Virus record (IMG/VR): IMGVR_UViG_3300022858_000263
Coordinates: 1-29,398 of that record
DNA from: a virus
Taxonomy: Duplodnaviria > Caudoviricetes
Reading direction: 5' to 3' (one strand)
Length of the DNA stretch: 29,398 nucleotides
The position numbers and the translations under genes were made by a program. This document shows, one piece after another, positions 17,037 to 26,577 of the stretch (position 1 is the first letter of the stretch; each line of letters opens with the position of its first letter). Below the pieces are notes generated by a model. The model had not been told where the DNA came from. It worked only from the letters and a program-made list of their open reading frames with translations, and did no database searches.

Positions 17037-18445
17037 ACTGCATAGTTTTTATAAGTTTTTTTAGCTTTTGGTAAAACATCCCTAAATTGAGAATTTTGGA
17101 ATACCATCTTTTCAAATTGGTTCATCAATAATAAAGATTCCTCTGTGTTTCCTCTCCTTTGTTCAATTCTTGAAGCTATGTAATATTGGAAAACATTGTA
17201 AAAAGGAATGGTGATAGAATCAGAAACTTCCGTTAAAGCTGTTAATGTTTTGTAATACTTTATTTTAATAGCATAATCTTCATAATCATCAGAAGGCGGT
17301 TGATTTAAAATTAAATAATCTTCAAATACTGTCCACTTTGTAGGCTTTGTAGGAGCAGCATTTTGCCATACAGGAGCATCAACTAAATGCTGTGCGGTTA
17401 TTGAACCTGTACCTGAAGCAGGTATTCCTGTAAATGTTGTAGTTCCAGTTTTTCCTGTATAAGTAATTATCTCGCTACCAAGATAAAGATTACCTGTATC
17501 TGAATATTCTACATTAGAATCAACCACAAGCGTAATATCGGCAATTTCAGCTTGAGTTGCCACTTCAGTATAAGGCCTATAGGCTAATTCTGCATCCATT
17601 TCAACCGGATTAATCTTATCCATAGCTTTCAGATCCCCTAACCTTACACTTGTAACTGATTTTGCAGCAGTATATTTAAAATTCAAAGATGATATATCAT
17701 ACCTATTTTGATTTTCATCAATTGATAAAGAAGTAATATCTTCTGTGAGTTCATGCCCCCAATCAATTGGTGTTTCCTTACCTGTGCGTGGCTTATGATA
17801 AACAAATTGAGAAATAGCTAATTGGCAATCCTGAGCATATCTAGTACACATTTTAAGAGTTATCTTAGTATCAATATCAATTCCAACAATATCTAAAGCT
17901 TGTTGGATTACACCAAATACAGTTGCAGAACCCAAACCAGCAGCCAAAATATAATCACTAACAGCACCCTCTGTAGTTCCATCATAATAAGTAGCATAAT
18001 AATAAGCATAAGCCGTATCAGTAGTTATTAAACTATATTCTGTATATTGTTTATTCCATTCAATATCAAGTGTCTTAATTACTGTTCCAGTTCCACCATC
18101 CGTAGCTGCACCATAAATCTTAATTTGTTTTTCGTAAATTTTTGTAACAGGATCATTTAATACATGTGGAAATTTCAATGTATTGGTTATAGTCATTGAA
18201 GTTCCACGAGCAACAGCACCATTTACATCTATTGCTTCTGTTTGGTTATCTCCTATCGCCCCCAATATCATAAAATCATCATCTGCAAATCCATTATTAT
18301 CTAAAACAGTTAAAGTAACTCCAGCTGCAGCAATACCATTAGCCATAATGGTATTTGGATTTTTATCAATATCAGGATGTTTAATCCTGATTTTTGATGA
18401 AGTTATATTGATTATCGATGCTTTTTGTAAAGATTTTGCTGACAT
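17033..18445 (-). CDS. Putative head-tail adaptor with inserted beta domains
   Basis: QNRYD...PTKWTV...ILNQPPSD...IKYYKTLTALT...DSITIP...YYIASRI adaptor-like pattern. Confidence 0.62.
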   Translation of the reverse strand: MSAKSLQKASIINITSSKIRIKHPDIDKNPNTIMANGIAAAGVTLTVLDNNGFADDDFMILGAIGDNQTEAIDVNGAVARGTSMTITNTLKFPHVLNDPVTKIYEKQIKIYGAATDGGTGTVIKTLDIEWNKQYTEYSLITTDTAYAYYYATYYDGTTEGAVSDYILAAGLGSATVFGVIQQALDIVGIDIDTKITLKMCTRYAQDCQLAISQFVYHKPRTGKETPIDWGHELTEDITSLSIDENQNRYDISSLNFKYTAAKSVTSVRLGDLKAMDKINPVEMDAELAYRPYTEVATQAEIADITLVVDSNVEYSDTGNLYLGSEIITYTGKTGTTTFTGIPASGTGSITAQHLVDAPVWQNAAPTKPTKWTVFEDYLILNQPPSDDYEDYAIKIKYYKTLTALTEVSDSITIPFYNVFQYYIASRIEQRRGNTEESLLLMNQFEKMVFQNSQFRDVLPKAKKTYKNYAV

Positions 18446-18450
18446 ATTAA

Positions 18451-18639
18451 TTAATTAAATAATGCTTGCACTTTAGGAATTAAGCCTAATAATTGATTAC
18501 CTGCCCATCCTACACACCCCAACATTCCTATTGCGATAACCCTTTCCACCCATTTATTAGCTTTTTTTTCAAGGGTTGTTTTTATCCATTTTATGTCAGT
18601 ATGCATTTCTCCTATTATTGTGTCTGAAGATTTTGACAT
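18451..18639 (-). CDS. Small single-TM protein (holin-associated-like)
   Basis: Short coiled coil (DIKWIK) followed by a C-terminal hydrophobic helix. Confidence 0.6.
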   Translation of the reverse strand: MSKSSDTIIGEMHTDIKWIKTTLEKKANKWVERVIAIGMLGCVGWAGNQLLGLIPKVQALFN

Positions 18640-18641
18640 AT

Positions 18642-18848
18642 TTATTTTGTATTAAGCTTTTTAGTAATACGAGAAATTATTAAACCAGCAGCAATAGTCT
18701 GCCAAGCTTCAGGATTCCATGCAGTTAAAGTTTGGATTACTATATCACAACCAGCAGCTATAAACTGTGCAAATGTATACCAATATAAAGCTTTCATATC
18801 TTTGCCTGTAAAAAATCCCCACACTAAATTTCTAATTTTTTTGAACAT
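18642..18848 (-). CDS. Putative holin
   Basis: 68 aa, two hydrophobic segments, basic C-terminus GLIISRITKKLNTK. Confidence 0.6.
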   Translation of the reverse strand: MFKKIRNLVWGFFTGKDMKALYWYTFAQFIAAGCDIVIQTLTAWNPEAWQTIAAGLIISRITKKLNTK

Positions 18849-18867
18849 AAAATTGTTAAATTAAGAA

Positions 18868-20391
18868 TTAAAACATTAAGAACATATTTCCAGAATCCGA
18901 AACTTCACTATAAGTTACATCTAATGTTGGTTCATTTGAGCCATTGTCAGCATAATTACCACACACAAAATCAACACCGCTAGATGACCATGTTGGTTCT
19001 GTATTAGTAGTATCATGACTTATTCTTATACCAAATTTTGATATATCTTCCATATCTATATTTGCAATACCACTTTCATTTAAAGCCCATGTATTAAGTC
19101 CAGCATCATCAAATGTTGCAATTGAAATAGAGGGTGCAAGTATGGTTGTTCCAAAATCCTGATAGTCATAATCCGGGGTATCGATATTTGTGTCTGATGC
19201 TGGATTACTTGTAACTAAATCTACATTACCACTATAATCATTATTCTTAAATGTTCCTGTTAATTTAAAATCAGAACTATCTACTTCGTAGCCTGCCCCT
19301 ATTGATGAAGTGTCGAACAAGAATATACCCCTTTCAATTCTTTGCCACTTATCAGAAACATTTACAGCTTGAACTCTTGCAAAATAGGTGGTTGCAGTTG
19401 CTTTTTGCGAATCTGTCCCAGCCTTAGTTCTCATGTCTGCCCAATCTTCACCAGTTGGTACCACATATCTTAGTACGCTACCATCAATACATGTAGTTTC
19501 AGGGTTAGCATCAGGATTGAAACTGGTACTATCATCTGTATAAACAGGATAAACAGTTTCTTCATTAAAATAACTAATTGGAATATTTTTAGTCAGAGTA
19601 TAATCATTCCCCTGTTTCTTAATATCAACCTCAATAGATGTTCTGTTATTGTAATCACTCCACATGTAAAAGTTTCTCAATCCAATACCACGCTTACTTG
19701 TATTAGTAAGATTGTCGCTTCTCATTGAAATAACCTTATTTGTTTTTAAATCGCCTTTCTGATTCCATGTCTTTCCGTTATTACGGATTTTTATTTTATC
19801 AGAAAAATCTAAATCAAAAGTTATCTGTAAGTCCTCACTAGGGGCTTCATTAAAACGTACCAAACGAGTTAAACGAGTACCTCTAGCTTTATGAACTACA
19901 AATATTAAATCTCCAAAATTATAAGCACCTTCATATACTACATAAGTAGTTTCTCCCCATCCTAAATCTCCTGTTTCTATTTTTCCAATCACTTCATTCA
20001 CACCCTCTGCGGTAGTAAGCATTGTTAATGGCTCATCCTTAATTTTCTTTTTATCCCAAATATCATAACGATTATTTGAATTAAATGTAGCTGTACCAGT
20101 TGAAAGTTTTGGAACTTTAGCAATAAATGGAGCTTCACTCATTTCAAAATGAGTTCCAACATCTTCAAAATGCTCATTAATCGGTTGCCAACTATCATCC
20201 TTTTCCATATAATTAACCCATTTCCCTTTTATAGAAGCTGATATTGTACCATCTCCATTATCATAATGATCAGCATTGTAATAGCGTTTTACGATTGGCC
20301 TAGTTTCAGCTCCATTTCCATTTAATATAATAGGAGCAGCCATAGCTGTACCAACCAATAATCCTACAATTAAAGTTAAAAGTTTTTTCAT
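18868..20391 (-). CDS. Signal-peptide-bearing beta-rich protein (DNRLRE/CBM-like C-terminal domain)
   Basis: MKKLLTLIVGLLVGTAMA|A leader, YDNGDGT...VNY...WQPI module, RGIFLFDTSSI...PTLDVTY C-terminal domain; ends GNMFLMF. Confidence 0.7.
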   Translation of the reverse strand: MKKLLTLIVGLLVGTAMAAPIILNGNGAETRPIVKRYYNADHYDNGDGTISASIKGKWVNYMEKDDSWQPINEHFEDVGTHFEMSEAPFIAKVPKLSTGTATFNSNNRYDIWDKKKIKDEPLTMLTTAEGVNEVIGKIETGDLGWGETTYVVYEGAYNFGDLIFVVHKARGTRLTRLVRFNEAPSEDLQITFDLDFSDKIKIRNNGKTWNQKGDLKTNKVISMRSDNLTNTSKRGIGLRNFYMWSDYNNRTSIEVDIKKQGNDYTLTKNIPISYFNEETVYPVYTDDSTSFNPDANPETTCIDGSVLRYVVPTGEDWADMRTKAGTDSQKATATTYFARVQAVNVSDKWQRIERGIFLFDTSSIGAGYEVDSSDFKLTGTFKNNDYSGNVDLVTSNPASDTNIDTPDYDYQDFGTTILAPSISIATFDDAGLNTWALNESGIANIDMEDISKFGIRISHDTTNTEPTWSSSGVDFVCGNYADNGSNEPTLDVTYSEVSDSGNMFLMF

Positions 20392-20392
20392 A

Positions 20393-22768
20393 TTAAGTTT
20401 CATTTGCTACAGCAACACATCCCCATTTAGAGGTAACTGTATTATAAATAAATCCTACTGTTAATATTTTATCTGCCACAGTAATTATTGGTAAAGCTAC
20501 CCCAGCATCTTCAAAATCACCCCCCCAAGTAATTGCATAACCACCAGCATCATTATCATCTCTAATTCTAAAAGTAAGTTTTTGGAAGTTAGTGGGAGTA
20601 CCAGTTACATTCACATCAGTAATAGCTTCTGTCTGAGCTGTTATTGTTACTGCATCGTAATCATCTGAATCAATATCAGGTGTTGCATCAGAAGCAAATG
20701 TTTTTACTCTTGAAGTTATACGCTTATTTGTAAATGTGTTTGTACTTGTATATGTAGGAATACTTGCACCAGCTAGTGTTGAAGCACCAGTACCACCTTG
20801 AGCAATTGGTACATCTGTAAATCCTGCTCCTAAAGAGCCTGATGTTAAAGCTCCTACTGTCGTTAAAGCGGAAGTAGTAGAAGTTGCATCTAAAATTGCA
20901 TTACCTCCTATTGTTACAGTAGAACTCAAATCTGCTGTAACTGTATTAGCTGAGGTAATTGTTAAAATATCTACATAAGCTGTTCCATCGACATCATAAC
21001 CTCTTAACTTAAGAGTATCTGTTGCGGTTAAACCAGCACTTAATGTTTGAAACCATGTATCTTTCCATCTTACATCACCAGTACCTAAATCATCTGTTAT
21101 ATCTGTATCTGAAACTAATGAGGTATTTATAGCTACACTTCCTGCTGTTAAATTAGAAAGTACAGCATTAGCACCTCCATCAGCGGCCGCCCAACTTAAT
21201 ACACCATTACCTGCTGCATCAGTTAGAACTTCACCAGCCCCAGCAATCGCTAGAGGTAAGGTCATAGTATAACTACCTGATGTAGCACCACTTTGTAAGG
21301 TTACTGTATTTGCATTAGTTGAATTTTGGTAAACAAGCTGTCCTGTTGCTGAACTCGCTGTACCTAAAGTTGTAACACCAGCACCCAAAGTACCAGTAGT
21401 TATTAGATTATCATTATCAAAACTTATATCACCACCACCTGCTTTAATTACTAGATCGCCATCGCCATTAGCAATGGTTTCAAGTGTAACTACATTAGTA
21501 GTAGTTGAAACTGAAAGATAATCATTAGTATCAGCACTTGGCATTAAATGCAAAGCACCTTCATTATTTACTATTTGTGCTTCACCTGCATCAAGTTTAT
21601 TGAAAGCAAGATATTTATCATCTCCATCAATTAAATATAATATTGGAGCATTACCTGCCCCAGCATCTAAACTTACATTACCAGTTGCACTAAGAGTAGT
21701 AAATGAACCATCCGCAGGTGTTGTACCTCCAATAGTACCATCGAATGTACCAGCGTTTATATCGGCTGTAGTGGCTACTAATGAGGCAAGAGTACCAACA
21801 CTTGTAAGTGAAGATGCTAATACACCAGCAGCTAAAGTACCTCCTGATAAATCTCCAGCAGCATTAAGTGTAACATCAGCATCAGGAAAGGTAACAGTTC
21901 TATCAGCAGTAGGATCAGTAACAGAAAATGTAGTTTGGTAATCGTTATCCGTAGCTCCCTCAAAACTAATTGATGAACCAAGATATTGTTTTAACCAAGG
22001 TATTGCCTCTGTTCCCAAATCATCAGTTAAAGCGGTATCTGATACTAATGACTCACTTATGGCAACACTCACTAAATTATCCAGTGCTTTTGTAGCAGAT
22101 AGCGGATCAGCCTCAGTAACATTTAATGTTCCTGTTGTAATCGATAAAGCTGTACCTTCTAAATCTGTAACTGCTGTAGCATCCATTGCCACAATACCAT
22201 CAGCATCCTGAAATGTGATAGTTTTATCAGATACTGTCGGATCAGTTACAGTTAAAGTTGTTTGGAAATCATTATCAGTAGCACCCTCAAAACTAATATC
22301 AGATGCAATATAAATCTTTCTTCCAAATAATGCTTCACTTCCCCAATCAATAGCATTTGCTACACCAGGTAAAAGTGATGTATTTATAGCAACAGCAGCA
22401 AGATTATCCAAAGCTGTTGTTGCACCACCACCACCTAATCCTAATTGCCAATCCGTACCTGCATCATCAGTAAAATACGGAATATTAGGAGTTGCTGTAT
22501 CTACCCAAAACTGACCTTGACCAGTAATATCAGCACTTGCTTCAGCCTGTTCGTTAAGATAAATTACAGCACCATTGTCAAGATTCTTTTCATTAAAATC
22601 AATATCAACAGAGTCAGTAGGTAGGATTTCTGTGCTATCATCACTAAACATCCATATTCCTACCATATTATCTCCTCCATCTACCATATTTTGTGCATAT
22701 ACAGATATGCTAAAACTTAAAGAGAATATAAGTAAACTAAGGAATAGTTTTTTAAAAAAATTCTTCAT
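20393..22768 (-). CDS. Tail-fibre-like repeat protein with N-terminal signal peptide
   Basis: Two FEGATDND.QTT..VTDPT..D.T.TF.DADx repeats, LTSVGTL and PIAQGGTGA fibre motifs, YNTVTSKWGCVA end; leader MKNFFKKLFLSLLIFSLSFSISVYA|Q. Confidence 0.75.
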   Translation of the reverse strand: MKNFFKKLFLSLLIFSLSFSISVYAQNMVDGGDNMVGIWMFSDDSTEILPTDSVDIDFNEKNLDNGAVIYLNEQAEASADITGQGQFWVDTATPNIPYFTDDAGTDWQLGLGGGGATTALDNLAAVAINTSLLPGVANAIDWGSEALFGRKIYIASDISFEGATDNDFQTTLTVTDPTVSDKTITFQDADGIVAMDATAVTDLEGTALSITTGTLNVTEADPLSATKALDNLVSVAISESLVSDTALTDDLGTEAIPWLKQYLGSSISFEGATDNDYQTTFSVTDPTADRTVTFPDADVTLNAAGDLSGGTLAAGVLASSLTSVGTLASLVATTADINAGTFDGTIGGTTPADGSFTTLSATGNVSLDAGAGNAPILYLIDGDDKYLAFNKLDAGEAQIVNNEGALHLMPSADTNDYLSVSTTTNVVTLETIANGDGDLVIKAGGGDISFDNDNLITTGTLGAGVTTLGTASSATGQLVYQNSTNANTVTLQSGATSGSYTMTLPLAIAGAGEVLTDAAGNGVLSWAAADGGANAVLSNLTAGSVAINTSLVSDTDITDDLGTGDVRWKDTWFQTLSAGLTATDTLKLRGYDVDGTAYVDILTITSANTVTADLSSTVTIGGNAILDATSTTSALTTVGALTSGSLGAGFTDVPIAQGGTGASTLAGASIPTYTSTNTFTNKRITSRVKTFASDATPDIDSDDYDAVTITAQTEAITDVNVTGTPTNFQKLTFRIRDDNDAGGYAITWGGDFEDAGVALPIITVADKILTVGFIYNTVTSKWGCVAVANET

Positions 22769-22786
22769 TTTATAAAGGGGTTAAAA

Positions 22787-23230
22787 TTAATCAGATAATG
22801 TAACTCTCAAAGATAAAGTACCAAAGTTAGCAGCTCCACTCTCTCTAGCAGAAATTTTTATTTGATCTCCAATAACATTTGCATCATCAAAAGCAAAATC
22901 ATAAGCAACCCCACCAGTAGAAGTTTTATCACCAGGTAGAATAAAGGCCACCCCTGTATCATTATCCTCATAAACCTTTGATTCAGTTGTTGAATTGGAT
23001 TGTACTGTTCTTTTATAAAAAGTAGTGCCCTCATCATTGCTTACTTCAATAAGCACCTCAACATATCTATCAGTTTGCCCTGTTTCAGGGGTGTAAATCG
23101 CATCTATGTGCAAATGAGGTAAATATTTACATAATAATGTTTTAGTATTGCCAGTATATGCAGCAGTTAATGTAGCTGGTGCAGTAGCAGTACCTATAGC
23201 ATCGTATGGAAATTGATCTTTATCAGACAT
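22787..23230 (-). CDS. Small beta-sandwich virion-region protein
   Basis: 147 aa, IEVSNDEGTTF strand pattern; position in the structural block. Confidence 0.6.
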   Translation of the reverse strand: MSDKDQFPYDAIGTATAPATLTAAYTGNTKTLLCKYLPHLHIDAIYTPETGQTDRYVEVLIEVSNDEGTTFYKRTVQSNSTTESKVYEDNDTGVAFILPGDKTSTGGVAYDFAFDDANVIGDQIKISARESGAANFGTLSLRVTLSD

Positions 23231-23265
23231 AATTTAGTAAATTAAGAAGTAAATTGTTTTAATTA

Positions 23266-23296
23266 CTTACAGAGAGGCTTTCGCCCCCCATGTAAG
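23266..23296 (-). terminator. GAAA-tetraloop stem-loop (terminator or processing/stability hairpin)
   Basis: Minus strand CTTACA-T-GGGGGGC-GAAA-GCCTCTC-TGTAAG; weak U-tract. Confidence 0.6.
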
Positions 23297-23309
23297 AAAT
23301 CAATATTTC

Positions 23310-23726
23310 TTATTTTTTTGCTTCTTTAACAGGAGTAGCAGGAGGAGGTGGTACTTCCTTTGCTTTTGCCTCAGCCTCTTCTTCTTTAGCATGCGTTTCA
23401 GCTGCTACTTTAGCATCAGCTTCTAATTTTTCAGCATCAGCTTTAGCCTCTTCCTCTTCTTTGGCTTTAGCCTCAGCCTCAGCTTTCTCCTTTTTAATAT
23501 TAGCTAATCTTTTCTTTTCTTCCTTTTCAGCTTCTTTTATAGCCTCTTTTTCTTCTTTAGTTTCTTCTTTAATAGCTTGTAAAACAATACCAGGTTTATG
23601 ATAAGTTTCCATTCCGGTATCAACCAAAACACGATAAGTACCATCTGCACCTAATTGGATGGTTTCATTACCAGCCAAAGGGTATTCTTCACGATCACCC
23701 TTTGAGTTAATATAAAAATATTTCAT
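23310..23726 (-). CDS. Hypothetical protein with E/K/A-rich tail
   Basis: Start placed at MKYFY (23726) because a separate ORF ends at 23746. Confidence 0.7.
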   Translation of the reverse strand: MKYFYINSKGDREEYPLAGNETIQLGADGTYRVLVDTGMETYHKPGIVLQAIKEETKEEKEAIKEAEKEEKKRLANIKKEKAEAEAKAKEEEEAKADAEKLEADAKVAAETHAKEEEAEAKAKEVPPPPATPVKEAKK

Positions 23727-23745
23727 TAAAATAAAAGTTAAAAAA

Positions 23746-23910
23746 TTAAAGTTTTTCTCCACGTTTGGCTTTATCGATAATATTTTGCATATTTCTATAA
23801 ACCGGTGGATTCACCCTTTGAGGTCGAGGTTGCGATCTCTTGTAGGCATTTTCTTCTGCCCTATCAAGAACTCTTCTCTCGTTTGTTGTGAATTTACTTA
23901 CATGAACCAT
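23746..23910 (-). CDS. Small basic protein (54 aa)
   Basis: Manual translation MVHVSKFTTNERRVLDRAEENAYKRSQPRPQRVNPPVYRNMQNIIDKAKRGEKL*; fills the gap. Confidence 0.65.
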   Translation of the reverse strand: MVHVSKFTTNERRVLDRAEENAYKRSQPRPQRVNPPVYRNMQNIIDKAKRGEKL

Positions 23911-23921
23911 AATCTAATTGA

Positions 23922-24908
23922 TTAAGCAGCAATTACCATAATTTCACCAACTTTTCCTGCTGTTGGAGAAGTAGCATCACCATAAATTAGTGCTGCCGCT
24001 TCAGCAAATGCAGTAGCGAAAGCAGAAGAGCTATGCTGAAAGTAAAGATAACCAGCAGTAGCACTAGAAGTTACAGCCTCAGCCATAGTTCCAGCAGTAG
24101 TAGCACCATCACCCTTATTTGCTGATAGCAAGAAACAATCTTTGAATTTGAGCCATCCAATTACACCAGCAGCTTCATCTACCTTAATACAAGAAGCATC
24201 TGTTTCGGTTGAAAATTGGATAATATCTAAATCTTCAAAAATTGAATATCTAGCAGTAGATCCAGCATGAGTATGAATATTAAAAGGAGCTTGATTAGCT
24301 TCATCATGCTTTACTGTAGAACCACCAATTTGAGAACTCTTATAATGGCAAGTATCACCTGCAAATTTTAGAGCACAATGCTCTGCTGTTGTAAGGTTAC
24401 TATAAATATCAAGATTACAATGCTCCATAAAAGTACCTTCACCAGTATCAATAAATCCATTAATCTGAGCAGCGTTTGTACCTTGCTGTGCAATTTTTAA
24501 GTTTCTAAAAGTGTTACGAGTACCTGTGTTTAGAATAGCAGCAATACTAGCGGCAACATCTGTTGCAGGAGTAAAAATCTTAGAACCTTGTGAGTTCTTA
24601 CGACCTCCACCATCCATTCCAATAAAATGTTTTCTATGTCCATCAACAGTTAGCATAGCTTGGCTATGTGTACTATTAGCATCAATAAGACAAACATCAT
24701 CATTGTTGCTTTCCATAGCTGTATTAACACCGGAAAGACTTGTATAAAATCGAGGTTGACCATCTACCGGAGTAAATGTTTCTTGTAACCTCTGATAATT
24801 TTCCTCATCTGTATCAGATGAGTTCATTTTAATAAAAACTCTACCAAAAGTGGGTACAGCTTGTGCAACCATATTCAGTAAAGCTTGTTGATAAGCTTTA
24901 TTATTCAT
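23922..24908 (-). CDS. Right-handed beta-helix (pectin-lyase-like) virion-region protein
   Basis: HFIGMDG, RNTFRNLKI, TFMEHCNL, SIFEDLDI, LKFKDCF coils; follows the capsid gene. Confidence 0.62.
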   Translation of the reverse strand: MNNKAYQQALLNMVAQAVPTFGRVFIKMNSSDTDEENYQRLQETFTPVDGQPRFYTSLSGVNTAMESNNDDVCLIDANSTHSQAMLTVDGHRKHFIGMDGGGRKNSQGSKIFTPATDVAASIAAILNTGTRNTFRNLKIAQQGTNAAQINGFIDTGEGTFMEHCNLDIYSNLTTAEHCALKFAGDTCHYKSSQIGGSTVKHDEANQAPFNIHTHAGSTARYSIFEDLDIIQFSTETDASCIKVDEAAGVIGWLKFKDCFLLSANKGDGATTAGTMAEAVTSSATAGYLYFQHSSSAFATAFAEAAALIYGDATSPTAGKVGEIMVIAA

Positions 24909-24927
24909 AGAATTAATAAGTTTGTAT

Positions 24928-24968
24928 TTATCTGCCCCACCACCGACCTCAAAATCATAGGCTGATAA
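24928..24968 (-). other. Imperfect stem-loop after major capsid gene
   Basis: TTATC/GATAA and GCCT/GGGC arms enclose a G-U-rich inner stem. Confidence 0.4.
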
Positions 24969-24980
24969 TTGAATTAAAAT

Positions 24981-26000
24981 TTAAGCACCATTTCCTGTTG
25001 ACATTGTAATTCCACGATGATCAGTAACACAAATACCCCATGAACCACGAGTGCCCATAGTTTTATCATCATTATTAATATCAATATCTTGTGCTACACC
25101 ATGAGCCGCTTCCCAAATCCCACAATGGAATGTACAATATTCCATTCCACGACCAGCAGCCATCCAAAACCAACGATACTGTTTTGTGGTGTCATAAGCA
25201 CCCTGAGCATCAGTATCAAGTTTCATAAGAACAACATGGCGGAATTTTCCTTTATGAGTATTAACAACACCAGCATTGTCTTGTGTTGGATCTGTAGTAG
25301 ATCGTTTAAGAATAGAAACAGCATCAATAGTAGTTGCCTCGTTAGCAGTTACTATTGTATTCCAGTTCATTGTAACCGGAATACCAAACTCATCAAGGGA
25401 TGCAGCTTTAGCAACATTTTTAGCAACCTCAAAAGATCCTTTAGAAAAACGAGGATTAGCAGTAATAACATTAGTAACAGTTGTAGCAGATCCATTAAGA
25501 GTGTGAGTTCCATAAATAACAGCAAGAGTATCACCTCCAATAGTAGTATCTACAGTTTCACCATCCATATCTGTATAAGATGTTGCAGTAGCATAAGTGA
25601 AACGATGAGTAAGATCTAAAGCCATTCTGTTAGGAATGTATTTAGATAAAGCTGTCAAATCATCAATTACCTTTGGAGTATTTGAGAAATTAGAAGCTAT
25701 ATAAGAAACAGCAGAATTTTTACCAAAACGATACATATACATAGTTTTGGATTTACCTTGCACACTCTGATTAAGTCGAGCATCAGCACTTTCATCCATG
25801 CGGTTAGCATAAGAATCAGAACCATAAGAAGTGAAAGTTCTTTGAGTACCTGTACCTTTTGGAATAGTATCAACAGTATACAAAGATTTTACTTCATTCA
25901 AGCCATCATCGGCTTTATATTGATCTGCTACAACTCTTTTAGTAGTGTCTGCAAGTTCTGTAAACGTCATTTGGTTTACAGTAGTAGTTACAGTAGCCAT
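24981..26000 (-). CDS. Major capsid protein (HK97 fold, Mu gpT-like)
   Basis: 339 aa; QGKSKTMYMYRFG, GGDTLAVIYGTHTL, GVVNTHKG, YRWF, DHRGITMSTG patterns; follows the decoration gene. Confidence 0.8.
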   Translation of the reverse strand: MATVTTTVNQMTFTELADTTKRVVADQYKADDGLNEVKSLYTVDTIPKGTGTQRTFTSYGSDSYANRMDESADARLNQSVQGKSKTMYMYRFGKNSAVSYIASNFSNTPKVIDDLTALSKYIPNRMALDLTHRFTYATATSYTDMDGETVDTTIGGDTLAVIYGTHTLNGSATTVTNVITANPRFSKGSFEVAKNVAKAASLDEFGIPVTMNWNTIVTANEATTIDAVSILKRSTTDPTQDNAGVVNTHKGKFRHVVLMKLDTDAQGAYDTTKQYRWFWMAAGRGMEYCTFHCGIWEAAHGVAQDIDINNDDKTMGTRGSWGICVTDHRGITMSTGNGA

Positions 26001-26051
26001 AATAAAAATTTTTAAAGAGTAAAATTAAAGAGTAACGGAAAGAATAACTGA

Positions 26052-26468
26052 TTAAGCATCTACACCAATCTCATAATTAAATACGAAAATACCTTTAGTG
26101 GTACTTAAGAATTTAATAAGTTTAACTGGTGAATAAGTAGAAGCATTAGCATTAACAGTTGTTGAAGATGTAAGATCAAAACATTGACCTTCATCAGTTT
26201 TTGCAATAGTACCTGTACCTACATCCATGATCATACCTGCATTTGGTTCTCGTGGTACGAGATATTTTAAAGAAGTAGTAGCAGTTGCCCCTACAGCTTT
26301 AGCATCCTGACAAATACCATCCATTCGCCTGTTGGTAGTTGTACCAGGAACTGTGTTAGTACCATCATTGTATACTAACTCGCCTTGATCATAAGCAGTA
26401 GTAGTTTTTGAAGAAAATTTCTCAGTTTTCCATTGCTTAGAATTGGCTGGTAAAACAAAATTAGCCAT
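26052..26468 (-). CDS. Capsid decoration/cement protein
   Basis: 138 aa immediately upstream of the MCP; AYDQGELV...MDGIC...DEGQCFDL pattern. Confidence 0.65.
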   Translation of the reverse strand: MANFVLPANSKQWKTEKFSSKTTTAYDQGELVYNDGTNTVPGTTTNRRMDGICQDAKAVGATATTSLKYLVPREPNAGMIMDVGTGTIAKTDEGQCFDLTSSTTVNANASTYSPVKLIKFLSTTKGIFVFNYEIGVDA

Positions 26469-26490
26469 AATAATTAAAAATTAAGTAAAT

Positions 26491-26570
26491 AAAAAAAAGA
26501 CATGGGTGCGAATCCATATACGCAAAAACCTCCGAAAAGATTAATTCCCGTAACGTGGGATCTCCGAATG
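26491..26570 (-). promoter_or_regulatory. Structured 5' leader of capsid operon with terminator-like hairpin
   Basis: GC-enriched hairpins TCCC/GGGA and CTT-TTCG-GAG, then ATATGG/CCATGT followed by C-T8. Confidence 0.5.
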
Positions 26571-26577
26571 TATTTTT

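Noticed and set aside
13350-22768. Diversity-generating retroelement targeting the fibre genes
   Set aside because: No reverse transcriptase and no adenine-specific TR/VR pair noticed by eye; the repeats are old protein-level duplications.
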